Shown: positions 16,721 to 30,886 of the stretch, in pieces
Layout of the letters: each line of letters begins with the position of its first letter
Numbering within the stretch: the stretch's first letter is position 1
Assembly (NCBI GenBank): GCA_964016885.1
Contig: OZ024757.1
Span: forward strand, 30,566,001 to 30,630,000
Origin: Eledone cirrhosa
Lineage: Eukaryota
Direction: 5' to 3'
DNA length: 64,000 nucleotides
The notes under the pieces: generated by a model
Databases searched by the model: none
Told to the model about the DNA's origin: nothing
Seen by the model: only the letters and a program-made list of their open reading frames with translations
Translations under genes and position numbers: made by a program

Positions 16721-17759
16721 TATATATATTGTGTGTGTGTGTGTCAAGCGAGAGGTATACCTTCACATTAGGTAACATTATATATGTGTTAAACTAGATC
16801 TACACATTCCGTAGTAGGGGGGATTGAATTACCTGTGTTCGATTAATGTTGAGACTTTCTATCGTATAATAAAGTTAAGTTGCGACTAAACATTGTATTG
16901 AACTGATGCTAAGAAATAAAAACTTTCTCTTCCATAGTACATAATAAACTAACATTTTTACAGTTGATATTAAAATATCGGGGTGGGGGTAACAAAATTT
17001 GGAACAAAGTATGAAAAGGAAAACGAAGCAGTGAAAGTATTAATTCAACAATAGATAATCCTAGTTAATCCAAGCTTTTAAACTCACTATATTATATATG
17101 TGCGTGTATGGCCCTACCGTATTCTTTTTAAGACATCATGGCTTTCGTAAAATGTCTTCTTTGTTTTCTTCAAGTTCAATTCCTTTTATCTTACTGAACG
17201 CATCACAGCAAACAGATGTACGTTAAAATGACAGATGTACACAGTGTAGATGTTTATATAAATAATACTTACATATATATATATACCCAACGAGGAACAT
17301 GTCACAATGTCTAATTAGGTCAGAATTTAAGTCACATTGAAGACAATGACAACTATAACCGAATCTCTAGATCTTACAGCAAATCTTCGCTTACATATTA
17401 AAGAATGTTGCAACTGTTTCATTACACGGTTAAATACCAATCGTCTATATTTAATTCAATATACTAAATGTCAGTTGAAAAGATGATCTGACCCAGTAAT
17501 TCAGTTGTTTGATAAACAACAGCAAGTAATGAACTGGATTAATTGAGAAGTTTTAACCACAAATGATTAAAACTGTCAGGGGAAGTAACTCTTTATTTTC
17601 ACCATGTCTATATCCTAAGTGTCTTGAGACCAGAGGCTCATCAGGCCGGTGCTTATCCTGAAGCGACTGAGAGGAGAAGACTCCCCTCTGGGGGAAAAAA
17701 CCAGATTGTCCTTATACAGAGGTTCGAATGGATTGCCAAACTTAAACTCCACCGTTACG

Positions 17760-18300
17760 GCCTGGAGAAGAAGGATGAAGATCAACCTGCACATTGAATT
17801 CCTCTCTGAATTCATTACCTACTCTCACTTCACTGACATCACCTCTGTACATAGCTTGCGCTGCTCTCACAAGCCATTCTTCTATACCCAGTTTCCTTAG
17901 GGACCACAAGATGACAGATCGAAGCACTCTGTCAAAGGCCTTCTCTAGATCAACAAAAGCTAGACACAGAGGCTTACACTTAACTAGGAGCTTCTCTGGC
18001 AGCTGTTTAAGGCATATGTGCTGCTCCTTCCTGGCACAAAACTAAACATCTCATCTAATTTAACTCTTTCACTAATTAGTTATACTAAGACTGCCACTTC
18101 ATAACTTGTTCCATTAGTTTTCTCTCTGTAGTTGCTTCTCTTACTAGCACATCTTTTTTTTCCCTTATAACAATTAATGTTCATACTGTTACCTCAGTCA
18201 TTGGGTATGATACCATCATGTATTATGTGGTTGAATATACGGGCTACTACTTCGAGTCCTACATCACCAAATGAATGCAGCATTTCAGCAGCTTTTTATT
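17760..18300 (-). mobile_element. RTE-like LINE reverse-transcriptase fragment
   Basis: Reverse strand FVDLEKAFD...WSLRKLGIEEWLVRA.QAMY....S.VRVG. Same family as 28892-29860. Confidence 0.8.
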
Positions 18301-19399
18301 TTTCATATCTCTAGTTGCTTCTTTGACTTTAATATTGTGTACACATCTTTCTGGGACATACTAAATGCCTTTATTGAAGTGAAAGTAAAACCTGTCGATC
18401 CGATGTACATATTTTGATTAAACGATTGAAATTAAAGAAATGAACGAAATAAAAAAATTTTTTTATATGTAGTTAACTGCAAATGTAAAAGTCGTTTAAT
18501 AAATAATTGTTTCTACTTTTGGCACAAGGCCAACAATAATCCAATGCATTACTGGTACTTTATTCTATCGACCCCGGAAGGGTGAAAGGCAAAGTCGTTT
18601 AATAAATAATGTATATGTTTATTACACCTTTCTGAACATACAAGCCGAAACCAATTGGCGCTGCGGTCGAGATTTTACATATATTTTTTGCTCGTTACCA
18701 CAGGTTGGATAGAACTGTTATTTTCATCAAATTGTACTTTCACTCCAATTTATAAGATTTTGACAAACGTTATATTAGGATCGTTATTGTTGAGTAAGTT
18801 AGAAATAAACTATCAATAAAGATCAGAACGTATAGAATATGTCTTTAAAAAAAATATAGATATTAAGAAAGAATTAGAAAAAGCGAGTAGAAATGAAAGA
18901 AGCAAGATGACTACATATATTAATTTAGTAGTTAACATCAGTGTATCCACGACAACATTTTTGAACAGTGATTAATAAAACTGTTGTTTATCCATTTCTT
19001 TTTCGTTATCAATTCGTAAATGGAAAAACAGTCATTTAGTAAATATGTTGAGGGCGAAGATCTGGTGGAGTTACATTAAGGAGGAAATTCCGCTAAATTG
19101 ACAAAGAGGCTGGTTTAAAGTGTTTAACATAGAATGAAGTTCCGGTTTCGTTTCAGATTTATATTTAAAAAATTATAAATTAAATAGTAATTTTTTTAGA
19201 CAACTGAAAATTACCACGGCAATGTATCGTTAATATTTAAAAATAAATATAAACCATACGAAATTACATACACTATATATATATATGTGTGTGTGTGTAA
19301 TTATACATGTATACACACACATACATACATATATATATATATATAGTATTATACATATATATATATCTGTAAAAGAATCAAATGATATGCGCAAACTCA

Positions 19400-19445
19400 C
19401 GTTTGATGACGTCAGATTTATGAGGTCGGGTCGGCCATTTTGTAA
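19400..19445 (+). promoter_or_regulatory. Putative PP2A-C proximal promoter: palindromic CRE (TGACGTCA, 19407-19414) and YY1-type GCCATTTTG (19434-19442)
   Basis: Motifs seen directly in a locally CpG-rich patch, followed by about 200 nt with no ATG before the start codon. Confidence 0.6.
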
Positions 19446-19644
19446 CGTCTTGTATAGAGTTTTGCTTGATTGACCTCGGGAACAGAATTATTTTGGTCTT
19501 TGCCGACTGATACTGGCTTGACAGTTCGTTGAAACCATACTCGACTGGTTCCTTTTGTTTTCTTTCCATTTTATTCAGTATTAAAAGTGCCACATAACAA
19601 AAGAAATAAAGAACAAAGATAAACTAACTAAAAAAACCGAAAAG

Positions 19645-19749
19645 ATGGTTGAAGATCGGGCTGCGGCAAAAGAATTAGATCAATGGATTGAACAATTGCA
19701 TGAATGTAAGCAGCTTACAGAAACGCAAGTAAAAACACTCTGTGAAAAG
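19645..19749 (+). CDS. PPP2CA: Serine/threonine phosphatase 2A catalytic subunit (PPP2CA/PPP2CB co-ortholog), exon 1
   Basis: [35 protein letters not shown]; donor aag|gtaaac. Confidence 0.95.
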
Positions 19750-20972
19750 GTAAACGTACTATTTTACTTATTTTCACTTAAGCCCTCTTAAGTCCATATA
19801 CATTTAGTTCTCCTTCAGTCTTAATCTTTCTCACTTTCGTTGTGTAATTTTAACAATGTCGACAGCGATAAATATTTCACTCTATTATAACTGCCGGTGT
19901 TTAAATTAGCTGGAAACCCACATCATCAACCGATCTTACTTCCATCTTGCATTAAAAATAGCATTTTAAAAAAAAAAAAAATTTTTTCTTCTTTCTTTTA
20001 AACATCGAGTAATCTACTGTTGGTTATCTTGACAGACTCGGAACGAACAACTATAATGAACGTTTAAAAAAATTTGTCTAACTGCTATACTCTATATATG
20101 GCTTAATTTTTACTTCTCTTCTAATATAATGTGTATATATATATATATATATATTTATGTTTATTTTTTCCTCCTCTGCAAACCTGGTCGATTTAATTAT
20201 CATTTGGTTTCGTGATTGCTAATGTCTTCTTCATATACAAATATCAACTTCGTTAACTGCTGGATTTGGAGGAAGAAGACTTAGACAGTTAGTGCTTGTC
20301 TCTTGTTTAAATCGATGAGCTATATGTGTAACAAAATCCCTTTTTGTGAGTTCTCCTTATCTGTATAAATGAAGGGGACCAAAATACTTTAACGGCTACA
20401 GTTTCTTTATTTGTGGAAATGTGGGAGGATATTTTTTATCTGTTTAAAGTATAGGAGACCTTTCATTTTTTTTCTCTGCATACACTGAATACTCATAATT
20501 ATAACTAATGTAGATATTTGCTGCCGGAGAGTGTGTGGGTGTTTTTATAATATATATATATATATATATATAGGCTTTATTATTCCATTCGTTCTTGTTT
20601 AATCAGGCCATGGTTCATAAGATTACATTAAAAACTATGTCCCTACTTAAGGCATTTCTAGCTTAGCAATCGAAATAGATTCTTCCACCTAAGATTTACC
20701 CATTTCGTTAGGACCCAACCAACTCTAATGGCGAATTGTCCGCTTCGCCGCATTAAAATGAAATAATTACTACCGAATACCTTGTATATATATGTATAGA
20801 TTGTTTTGTAACACACATATGTGTGTATGTATATATGTATATGTATATCATCATCATCATCTATATATATATACGAGATCGTTTCATAACACGTATGTGT
20901 GTGTGTGCGTATATATATATATATGTGTGTGTATGTATATATATATATAAAGATCGTTTCTTAACACACGTA

Positions 20973-21014
<42 letters not shown>

Positions 21015-21242
21015 GTTTTGACAGGTGATAAGAAGGTAATAATATGGCCCTATTTATATAATGTACGTGTTATGAAACGATCTCGTATATATATAGGAGA
21101 TCGTTTCATAACACGTATGTGTGTGTGTGTATATATAAAGATAGTTTCTTAACACACGTATGTGTGTGTGTGTATATATATATATAGTTTTGACAGTTGA
21201 TATGATGGTAATAATATGGCCCTATTTATATAATGTACGTAC

Positions 21243-21284
<42 letters not shown>

Positions 21285-21457
21285 ATAACGTGATCGTTCT
21301 TGTTTGTCTGTTCCGTTTGTCTTTTCCCCTTGACAACCTACACTGAGTAATTGTGACTACTAATCTGGAAATCTACTTCAGTAAGAACACACCCTAATAA
21401 CTAGATTTGTTCCTCATCAGTCATCACTAATCAGTTATATCAGAATTCTCTATTGAT

Positions 21458-21641
21458 TTAACCCTTTCAATACCATATTTCTAATGGAAGACACTGCTTA
21501 GAGTTTTGAAAATAATAAAAAAATTGGAGAGATTATTCTGGTGTTTGAATTTTACAATGGTTCTGATGGGAGGTGTTTTTAGATAAATATAAACAGCTTT
21601 GTATTATAGAACTAGTTGAGATTTATTATCAAAAGGGTTAA
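21458..21641 (+). mobile_element. TTAA-flanked piggyBac-like MITE, family B; relatives near 46360-46585, 55523-55810, 60860-61090, 41630-41770
   Basis: ttaa|ccctttcaataccatatttctaat ... atcaaaaggg|ttaa termini. Confidence 0.65.
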
Positions 21642-22869
21642 TGTTTCTTACGTAAAACTATGATGGTAGGATTTATTTTATATTGATTTAAATATTTTAA
21701 AATAAACAAGTTTGTATCATAGACCCAGGGTGTATGAATACGGTTGGTACAATGTTAGTTGTGTGTGTGTATATATATATTTATATATATATATATATAT
21801 ATATATGATGGGCTCTCACGTCGATACGACGTATGAGGGTTCAAGTCTTTTCAGTATGTTGTTTTATGTTTATATCTCAAATGGCACTTCAATCCAGCTG
21901 CTGATTTACACATCAATCGGCATTTGGTTCAGGATATATATATATCATAGAAGAATAAACAAAGCATAGAGATACAAAATCAGTCTTATTCGGTTCACAT
22001 TTGGGAAGAAGAAAAATGTTACTAACATGTATATGTATGTATATATTTATATACGGTTTAGTATATGGGCGTATATATATATATCAGGTATATCGATAAT
22101 AAATATAAGGAATAGTAGTATGTATGTGCGTATATATACACACATGTAATGTATGTATGTATATTAATTTCAAGGTGAAGGATATCGTAGGCAAAATAAA
22201 AAAAGAACACTAATAAACGTTTTGAGTGATGGATGAAATTGTGAAGGTAAAATTTTATAGCACAACTAATTAGGAAAAGAATTTCCCTAGATTTTGGCGC
22301 AAACAAAATATGCACCCAATAAACTCTGTAGGGTGGTTCATGATAGCCATGCCGAAAAAAGGGCCAAGAGGACTCTTGTCATGTCAAGGGCACAACAACC
22401 TTTCTAGTTTTGGTGATAAAATGCACCTAGTACACTCTGTAAAGTGCTTGGTGATAGAAATGGTAACTAGCTGCACAAAACCGGTGAAACAGAGCATGGT
22501 CTGTTGCAACCTGTCTAACCCTTGTTTGCAGAGAAAGTGGACGTTAAATGATGGTGATAAGAAATACAGAATTATCATTGTCATCATTTACATAATACAT
22601 ATTTATACAGATTACAGGATGTTAAGAGTTAATGTCTTAATATGTACCGTACTGTACATACTTTCTCTTCAGAAACTACGTTGGTTCATTCCTTTCTTCT
22701 GCTTGTGTTCATCTAATTGCCACCTTACGTCATAATTACCACATTACACAGTAGCTTTTAAAAAATAAAAAGGTCAGCTGTCATCATTGCATTAGCTCTC
22801 TTATTTCTCTTCTAGAAGGTCTTCAAGTTTGGGCACCAACCTCTCCTTCTGGAAATAGCATAAAAACTA

Positions 22870-23300
22870 TTCTTTTGTTATATTTTATTTGTATGTGTGC
22901 ATATATTTTAAATGTATGTGTGCATATATTTTAAATGTATGTGCATATATTTTATATGTATGCATATATTTTATATGTATGTATGCATATATTTTATATG
23001 TATGTATGCATATATTTTATATGTATGTGCATATATTTTACTGACCAAACCCATGCAAGCGTGGAAGATGGACGTTAAACGATGATGATGATTTTGTGTG
23101 TGTGTGTATATATTTTGTATGTATGTGCGCATATATTTTATATGTATGCATATATTTTATATGTATGCATATTTTATATGTATGCATATTTTATATGTAT
23201 GCATATTTTATATGTATGCATATATTTTATATGTATGCATATATTTTCTATGTATGCATATATTTTCTATGTATGTGTGCATATATTTTATGTGTTTGTA
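22870..23300. repeat. Minisatellite of ATGTATGCATATATTTT-like units
   Basis: Seen directly. Confidence 0.85.
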
Positions 23301-23617
23301 TATATATATATATTTGTGTGTGTGTGTATAATATATGTGAGTATATATTTTATGTTGATGAACCCCCACTGGTTCCAACAATGATTGTTTCAGTTGATCA
23401 AACAGAACTGCTCATGAAATTGATATCTAAGTGGCTGAGCTTGCCAGACTTGTGTGCCCTTAACATAGTTCACTGCTGGGTGGACAGGAGAAATATGCAA
23501 TAAAGTGTGTTGCTCAAGGACACAACTCATCACTGGGAATCAAATTCACAACAACGAAATCTAGAGCCAAACACTCCAACCATCAAGCCACTCACACACA
23601 CATCTACTGCCCCTGTC

Positions 23618-23659
<42 letters not shown>

Positions 23660-23871
23660 GCTTCCCCAATAACTTACAACAGTTATTGATACACTGGGGA
23701 TAGACATATTGTCTTTAATGCGTTGAAATGTCCGAGACCCCCAGCAGACAACTGAAGAGGGGACCTGTCTCTTGTTTGGGCTTTCCTTTTATTTCTAAAT
23801 ACACTTTATCAAGAAACTACACGGCCCCTTGTTCCTTCTAAATTTATATATATATATATATATATATATAT

Positions 23872-24210
23872 GGAGGCACATGGCTTAGTGGTTAGAGCAT
23901 TGGCCTTGCAATCGAAAGGTTGTGAGTTCAATTCTCAGACCGGATGATGTGTTGTTTCCTTGAGCAAGACGCTTTATTTCACATTGCTCCAGTTTACTCA
24001 GCTGTAGAAATGAGATGATAGGGACTGGGGTCCCTATCATTCCACTGTAAAGTGGTCGTGGAGGTGCCACGGCAAAAAAGCACCCAGCACTCACTGTAAA
24101 TGAGGTTGGTGTTAGGAAGGGCATCCAGCTGTAGAAATCAAGCCAGAATCAGTTCCCGTCCCACCCTTGCAAGCAGGGAAAAGCGGATGTAAAATAAAAT
24201 GAATGATGAT
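23872..24210 (+). mobile_element. Chimeric SINE copy 2; CORE-like heads also at 38543-38850 (+), 42715-42965 (+), 27960-28150 (-), 48020-48128 (-)
   Basis: A-box tggcttagtggtt, B-box gagttcaattc, ccttgagcaagac core, then Meta-like ttaggaagggcatccagc and (gat)n tail. Confidence 0.8.
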
Positions 24211-24668
24211 ATATATGTGTGTGTGTGTGTTTGTGTATATATATGTACACATACAGATAGAGGCAGTAAATTAGCGGGATTGTTAGAGTATAGGACAAAA
24301 TGTTAAGCTGTTTCAGCACTGTCTCCCTAGTTCAAATCCCTCTTAGGCCAACTTTACTTTTCATGTTGTTTTGTACTTTTCAAGAATGTTTTGCTAATGT
24401 GGTTTTATGAGATACAGGACGTTAAGAGTCAAAACATCAAAGAAACCTGTGAGATTTAACCTCCTAGGAGGCCAGATAACTCTACATGGGTGTGAGATAC
24501 AACCTCCTAGGAGGCCAGATAAATTTGTATAACAGTGAGCTGTAACATGATAGGATTGGCGTCCTTATCAAAAACACTTGAGAAATTTCCTATGAGATAC
24601 CTCATATGAGGTCATCTAACCTTGCATAGGTGTGAGCTCTACATTTTTTCTTTCTTTTCATACTATAA

Positions 24669-24941
<273 letters not shown>

Positions 24942-27388
24942 TAAGACTGACATCCAGTTGACCTTTTGCATACACAGACGCACTTACTCTCGTACACATG
25001 CACTCACTCTCTCTTTCCATGCACATATCTTATGATAATTTTCTGTACAGGTATCAAGTCACCAAGAACTGTGTGCCATAGTGACACAACATTTCTAGGG
25101 CAATTTTTAAAAAACCTGGCAGAGCCCATCTCCTCACCAATTCTGAACACGGTTGATTTCTTCTAAAGGTGGAGAAAGAGATATGGTACTTTTTTATTAT
25201 CCTCAAAAGGATGAAAGACAAAGTTGACCTTGGTGGGATTTAATTTCAGAGAACAGTGGTAGAATGAATGCTGTAAAGCATTCTCTCCAATGTTCTAACA
25301 ACTCTGCCAATTTGCCACCTATATTTTAGATACATGAAATATAAATTATTATAACTGGCTCAGAATTCAGATAAGCAACTGGGAAAAATTGAATCATTGT
25401 AGTTTTAATGTCTGCTTTCCCTGCTAGCAAGGGTTGGACAGGTTTACATAGACCAAGTCAGTACTGAAGCTGGGCTACTGATCTTCCAGACAAGCCAGGG
25501 ATCTGTGTCTCGCTTATGTATGATCTCACATTCTCTCGAGTTATGTCCTTGACACAACTGAGTGGTCTTCCTGACTCTTTGGCAAGCTTCCTATGACTGG
25601 ATGCTCTTCCTATCACCAACGATTTTACATCATGTACTGGGTGTGTTTATTGTGTAGATCACAAACGCTATAGAGGTTTTCATGTCCTTGACCTGACAGA
25701 AGGGTCTTCGTAACCCTTTGTTTTGGCAAGCCCACCACGGCTGGATGCCCTTCTCATCACCAACCACTTCATAAGTAGGCAGCAGCTAGGAATGTGAGGG
25801 TTGGTGTAGTGATGTAGAGAATAGCTGTCAGTGAGTGCGAGTGGAAGAAAGGACATGTGGGTGGGTTGGGCCACATTGTATATTGGATATTTATATTAAT
25901 GAAGAATGTCTGAAAAATAAGGTGAATTAAGGAAAAGTTTGTGATTAGGAAAAAATACAAGCATTTTGTATGTAGCGCCCTTGTTTATCCAAGTTTTTAC
26001 TTTGTGTGTATGTCCAAATGCTCTGGATTTATTATTTAAACCGGGCATATCCGGTCAGAATTCCCTCACCTCTTAGTCCTATCTAAATCTTGTACATTTG
26101 ATATGTGAAATATGTAAGATAAAGTGTTTACCGTGAAAATATAATAGTAAATATAGAGTTATGTAAATGCTAAAAGGTTAAAGTAATTTCATAAATTTGA
26201 TATCCATTTATTTATGGTTTGAAATAAGAAACTAAATATCTTGTGAGATTTGCCAGATTCATTGTGCCTGCAGATGGACTATATACATACACATGAGTCA
26301 ACTATACACCTTAACTATAATATGTATATCTATTATCTTGTGGTTCGGTCCTGTGATGACACAAGATGGAATCAACTGGCCATATGCTGTGCTACAAAAG
26401 ACTTGCATTTCCACTCAAGTGCAGAAAATGCAAGCAGAGATATATACCAGGCTCCTAATCCTTTCTCTCTCCAACTCTCCTCTATTTAGTCTTCTCTCCT
26501 TCATTCCTTCTTCCTCATCCACCTGTGCCAGGGCACTACCTGGCATCACCTTCTGTCTCCTTTACTTCAAGACTACCCCTGTGACCGATCATTTACTACC
26601 CCCATCCTTGATTCCCCAAGCAACCATGCCAGCATTGAAAGAGGGAGCTTCCTCCATTGTACCTCCAGATGTTACTCTTTTTATAGCAATGCCTATGTCT
26701 CTCATCCTTCCCTCCGCAAGGAACATATAGCTTCTCCATGTTATTCCCCCTCCCTATCATTCCCTCTTTTAGCCTAGCTAAAAATGTCACAATGTTGCTC
26801 TTTATGGTCACCTCTTTCTCTCATCCTTTCCTCTTTGCTGACCACCTCCAACTCACACCCTTACCTTGGCAAACAATATGTACCTTCCCTACTCCTATCC
26901 CCCCCCCCCACCTGTCTGAGGACAACACAACTACTACCCTAGTGTCTATAAGTGGGAGTGCTGGTGCCACAATAAAATGCACTCAACCCACTCTGAAAAG
27001 TGGTAGTACTGGTGCCATGATAAAAAGCACCCAGTTTAACCAGTGAAATGGTAGTGACAGTGTCCTGATAAAATGTGCCTGATACACGCCATGAAGTGGT
27101 TGGCATTATGAAGGGCTTCCAACCATAGAAACCATGCCAGAATTGAACATATGAGCAAGACAGTCACCTGACAAGCCTAGCCTCTGAATGCGGCAATCTG
27201 GCTAGCCCATGCAAGCACAGAAAATAGACATTAAACAGTAATGATGGTGATGTGTAAGTGGAGCATGCACAGTGAATCTGGTGGAATCTTTGTTTTATTT
27301 TGAACTGTAAACATAAAAAGATAGCACAGAAATATGTAGCTATGGTTCATAAAATATTGCTAAAAATCTTTCCCTTTTTCTTTTGTAA

Positions 27389-27613
<225 letters not shown>

Positions 27614-28891
27614 TAACTCACTCACGAGTTGAGTTTCTTCGATTCAATGAACAGTACTCCTTCTATTTGTCTCAACCTAGCATGAACACTCCAAGATCCA
27701 TTAAATTTCTTCCTGTGTCAGCATATAGCATATCCAGATACGTTGTTGCAGAACGACCTCTACTTCTATGACCACATGCAGGCTTCCATAATGGAACATG
27801 GTTGATGCACTCATTTTTTTGCCCTTTAACAATTTCTTGCGAATCAAGAACATAATGATTGATAAGACAGCTAAAGTTAAAGTCTGTTCTAAACTGAAGG
27901 CTCATCAGGCCAGTGCTTATCCCCGGTTTCCTTAGTGTTAAGCAACTGACAGTACAAGACTCTCTTTGGATTAGGACACTATTCTGTCGCAGGTTTAACT
28001 CCCCAGCTATTGCTGCTACTAATATCAGCTGAGTGTACTGGAGCAACGTGAAATAAAGTGTTTTGCTCAAGACCATAACGCAGCACCCTGTCCAGGAATC
28101 AAATTGACATTACGATCATACGTCAAGCATCCTAACCATTAGGTCATGCACCATTACAGAAAAAAAAAATGGAAGTCATTATTGTTTTCCTGGAGTTTTA
28201 AAATAAATGTTCAGAACTAAATCTGAAGTTAGAATTTAAACAGGCCGTATCCGACCAGAATTCTCTCACCTCTTTCTGTTCAAACCGTCTGAAACCGACT
28301 GTTCAAACTAATGTTAAGGTATTGTTCTCAAAATAAATAATATCAAAATCTCATAGATTTGATATTATGTGAAATAAAGTGTTTGCTATGAAAATATAAT
28401 TTTAAATATAGAGAAATGTAAATGCTAAAGGATTATGATACAAAAAATGTATTTTATACATTAAAGGTCTTTTAGCAGGCTTTCTTTTTTTTTTTTTTTT
28501 TTATCTATTATTGTGGTGGCCCCACTTGAGTGCCAACTATCTGTGAAGACCCGTCCAATCTTTACTAGAAGGAAGACGGGCGTTAAATGATAATGGTGAT
28601 GATGCAGCAACTTCAGTATGTTGTTAGGTTGCAAAGCAGAATTCTGACTCATCATTTTTGTTGCTGCTTTTCCATTCTGGCATGGACAAGACGTGTATTT
28701 GTCTGTAAAAACAACACAAACAAAATAGAAGGACTGGCAATTGAACAACTTGGATGTTAAAAGAGTCACGTGGTGGATGAAATATTCACAAATATGTAAA
28801 AATAAAAGCAAAAACATGTTTGCAGTAAAAGTATTTACACCAAATGTAAAGAATAAGGTTGTATGTGTGTGTGTATATATATATATATATA

Positions 28892-29860
28892 GGTGTTGAG
28901 GAATGGCTTGTGAGGACAGTGCAAACTTTGTACAGAAGTACTCTCAGTAAAGTCAGGGTAGGAATGGAGTTTAGTGAGGAATTCCAGATACAAGTAGGAG
29001 TACATCAGGGTTCGGTCCTCAGCCCGCTCTTGTTCATTATAGTCCTCCAAGCCATAACAGGAGTTTAAGACTGGCTGTCCATGGGAACTTCTCTGTGCTG
29101 ACGGTCTGGTTCTTATAGCAGAATCAGTAGAGGAGCTAGAGAATAAATTCTGGCTATGGAAACAGCAGTTGGAAGCAAGAGGACTGAGAGTGAACCTAGC
29201 TAAGACAAAAGTGTTGATGAGTAGAAAAGAGGACAAAACCCTGATTCCGTCAGGGAAATGGCCATGTTCGATATGCAGAAAAGGAACTGGCATAAATTCT
29301 ATAAAATGCACACAATGCAGATCCTGGGTACACAAGAGATGTAGCGGGATAGCAGGCAAACTAACAGGTAGGGAGAAATATGTATGCAGTAGATGTACAG
29401 GGAAATTAGACAGTAGAAGTCGCATTGATAGACACATTTTTCAAATGCAGGAGGGTGCTATAGAAGTGGTGGATAGCTTCCGGTACCTAGAAGATCAGAT
29501 TAGCATGGGAGGAGGGTGTTCCGGGGCCATAGTATCTAGAATAAGGACGGGTTGGAAGAAGTTTAGGGAGCTGCTTCCTCTGTTGACGAAGAAGGGTTTC
29601 TCCCTGCGTACGAGGCCGGTTGTATGATGCCTGTGTGAGGAGCGCAATGCTGCATGGTAGTGAGACATGGGCAGCAACTGCAGAGGATATGCGACGGCTG
29701 GAGAGAAATGAGGCAAGCATGCTCCGTTGGATGTGCAGTGTAAATGTGCGTGAACGACCCAGCATAAATGTGTTGAGAGAGAAACTGTGTCTGAGAGGGA
29801 TAGAATGGAGTGTACGGGAGAGGAGACTGAGGTGGTATGGACATGTGATGCACCTGAGCT
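28892..29860 (+). mobile_element. Degenerate RTE-like LINE RT fragment in PP2A-C intron 3, with a Cys-rich (PHD-like) insert
   Basis: VGVHQGSVLSPLLFIIVL; YADD decayed to CADG; GLRVNLAKTKV; CSIC..CTQC..H..C..CSRC; FRYL; HGSETW; RRLRWYGHV. Split over three frames. Confidence 0.9.
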
Positions 29861-30318
29861 GTCATACATGGCAGTCTAATACATGCAAGCATGGATAATA
29901 CGTTAAACAGTGTGTGTATGTGTCTATATATGTGTCACATTAAGTGATGCTTGAAGCTTTTTTAAATGAGGAAACACTTTGCTTGGAGACAATCCCACTT
30001 TCTGAAAATTGAAGGCATTTACCCAATAAGTAAATCTGGTCTATATTATTGGATGCAAACGAAGTCGTAGGTTTTATATCAGAGACCACCTAGAGATTTT
30101 TTAATGAAGACTAAGGGGTCTCTCACTTCATTGCCCCTTTTAAAAAAATACTTTATTGGATGGCCGTTGACTGTCCTGAGTTCCTTCGCCCCTTTGACAG
30201 GTTTTGTTTTTTATCCCACAGGGGGTCCAAAATCACCCTCCTCACCATACTGCTCGTACTAAAGTATCAGGCGATAGTATTATTTGAAATGGTGTTGCAG
30301 CTTTCTTATATATGTATA

Positions 30319-30356
<38 letters not shown>

Positions 30357-30437
30357 ATGTGTGTTTGTAACATATGAGTAAGATGAAGTTGCTCTGACTC
30401 ATCTGGTCTTGGAAAGTGAGTGTAAAATGATATGTAT

Positions 30438-30492
<55 letters not shown>

Positions 30493-30604
30493 GATATACT
30501 TTCTTTTCGTATTGGTCTTGCAAGATTTCTTATCTGAAAACACGAGTTGAAACATATTGTTATATTTTGGGAGGGAGGATCATGCTGCCAATAAAATCAC
30601 AGCA

Positions 30605-30886
30605 TCTGTTGGTTTTCATTTCAATTTATTACAAATTTCCAGTTGGTTGTTTATTTGTTGTCAAAGCACTTTTATCACACATTCTATGACCTCCTCAGTG
30701 TCTAATTTATTTTGTCTCTCCTTTGTTCTATCCTACAACAAAGGAGATAGAAAATACCAAATTAGGTACTGAGGAAGTCACAGAATCTGTGATGAAAGAG
30801 TTTTGACAATAAACAAATGAACAACCATCCAGTTATTAAACTAACCAACTGGAAGTTTATAATAAATTGCAATGAAAACCAACAGG
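30605..30886. repeat. Foldback element (imperfect inverted arms of about 110 bp)
   Basis: ctgttggttttcatt..ttccagttggtt..ttgtcaaa..cctcagt..ctaattt mirrored by aaattag..actgagg..tttgacaa..aaccaactggaa..aatgaaaaccaacag. Confidence 0.75.

Noticed and set aside
23872-23945. tRNA gene
   Set aside because: A and B boxes are present, but I could not fold a clean cloverleaf and it runs straight into SINE core sequence found in several copies.
26250-27046. Overlapping 70-145 aa ORFs in PP2A-C intron 2
   Set aside because: No recognisable domain and not needed for the complete 310-aa CDS; probably decayed repeat.
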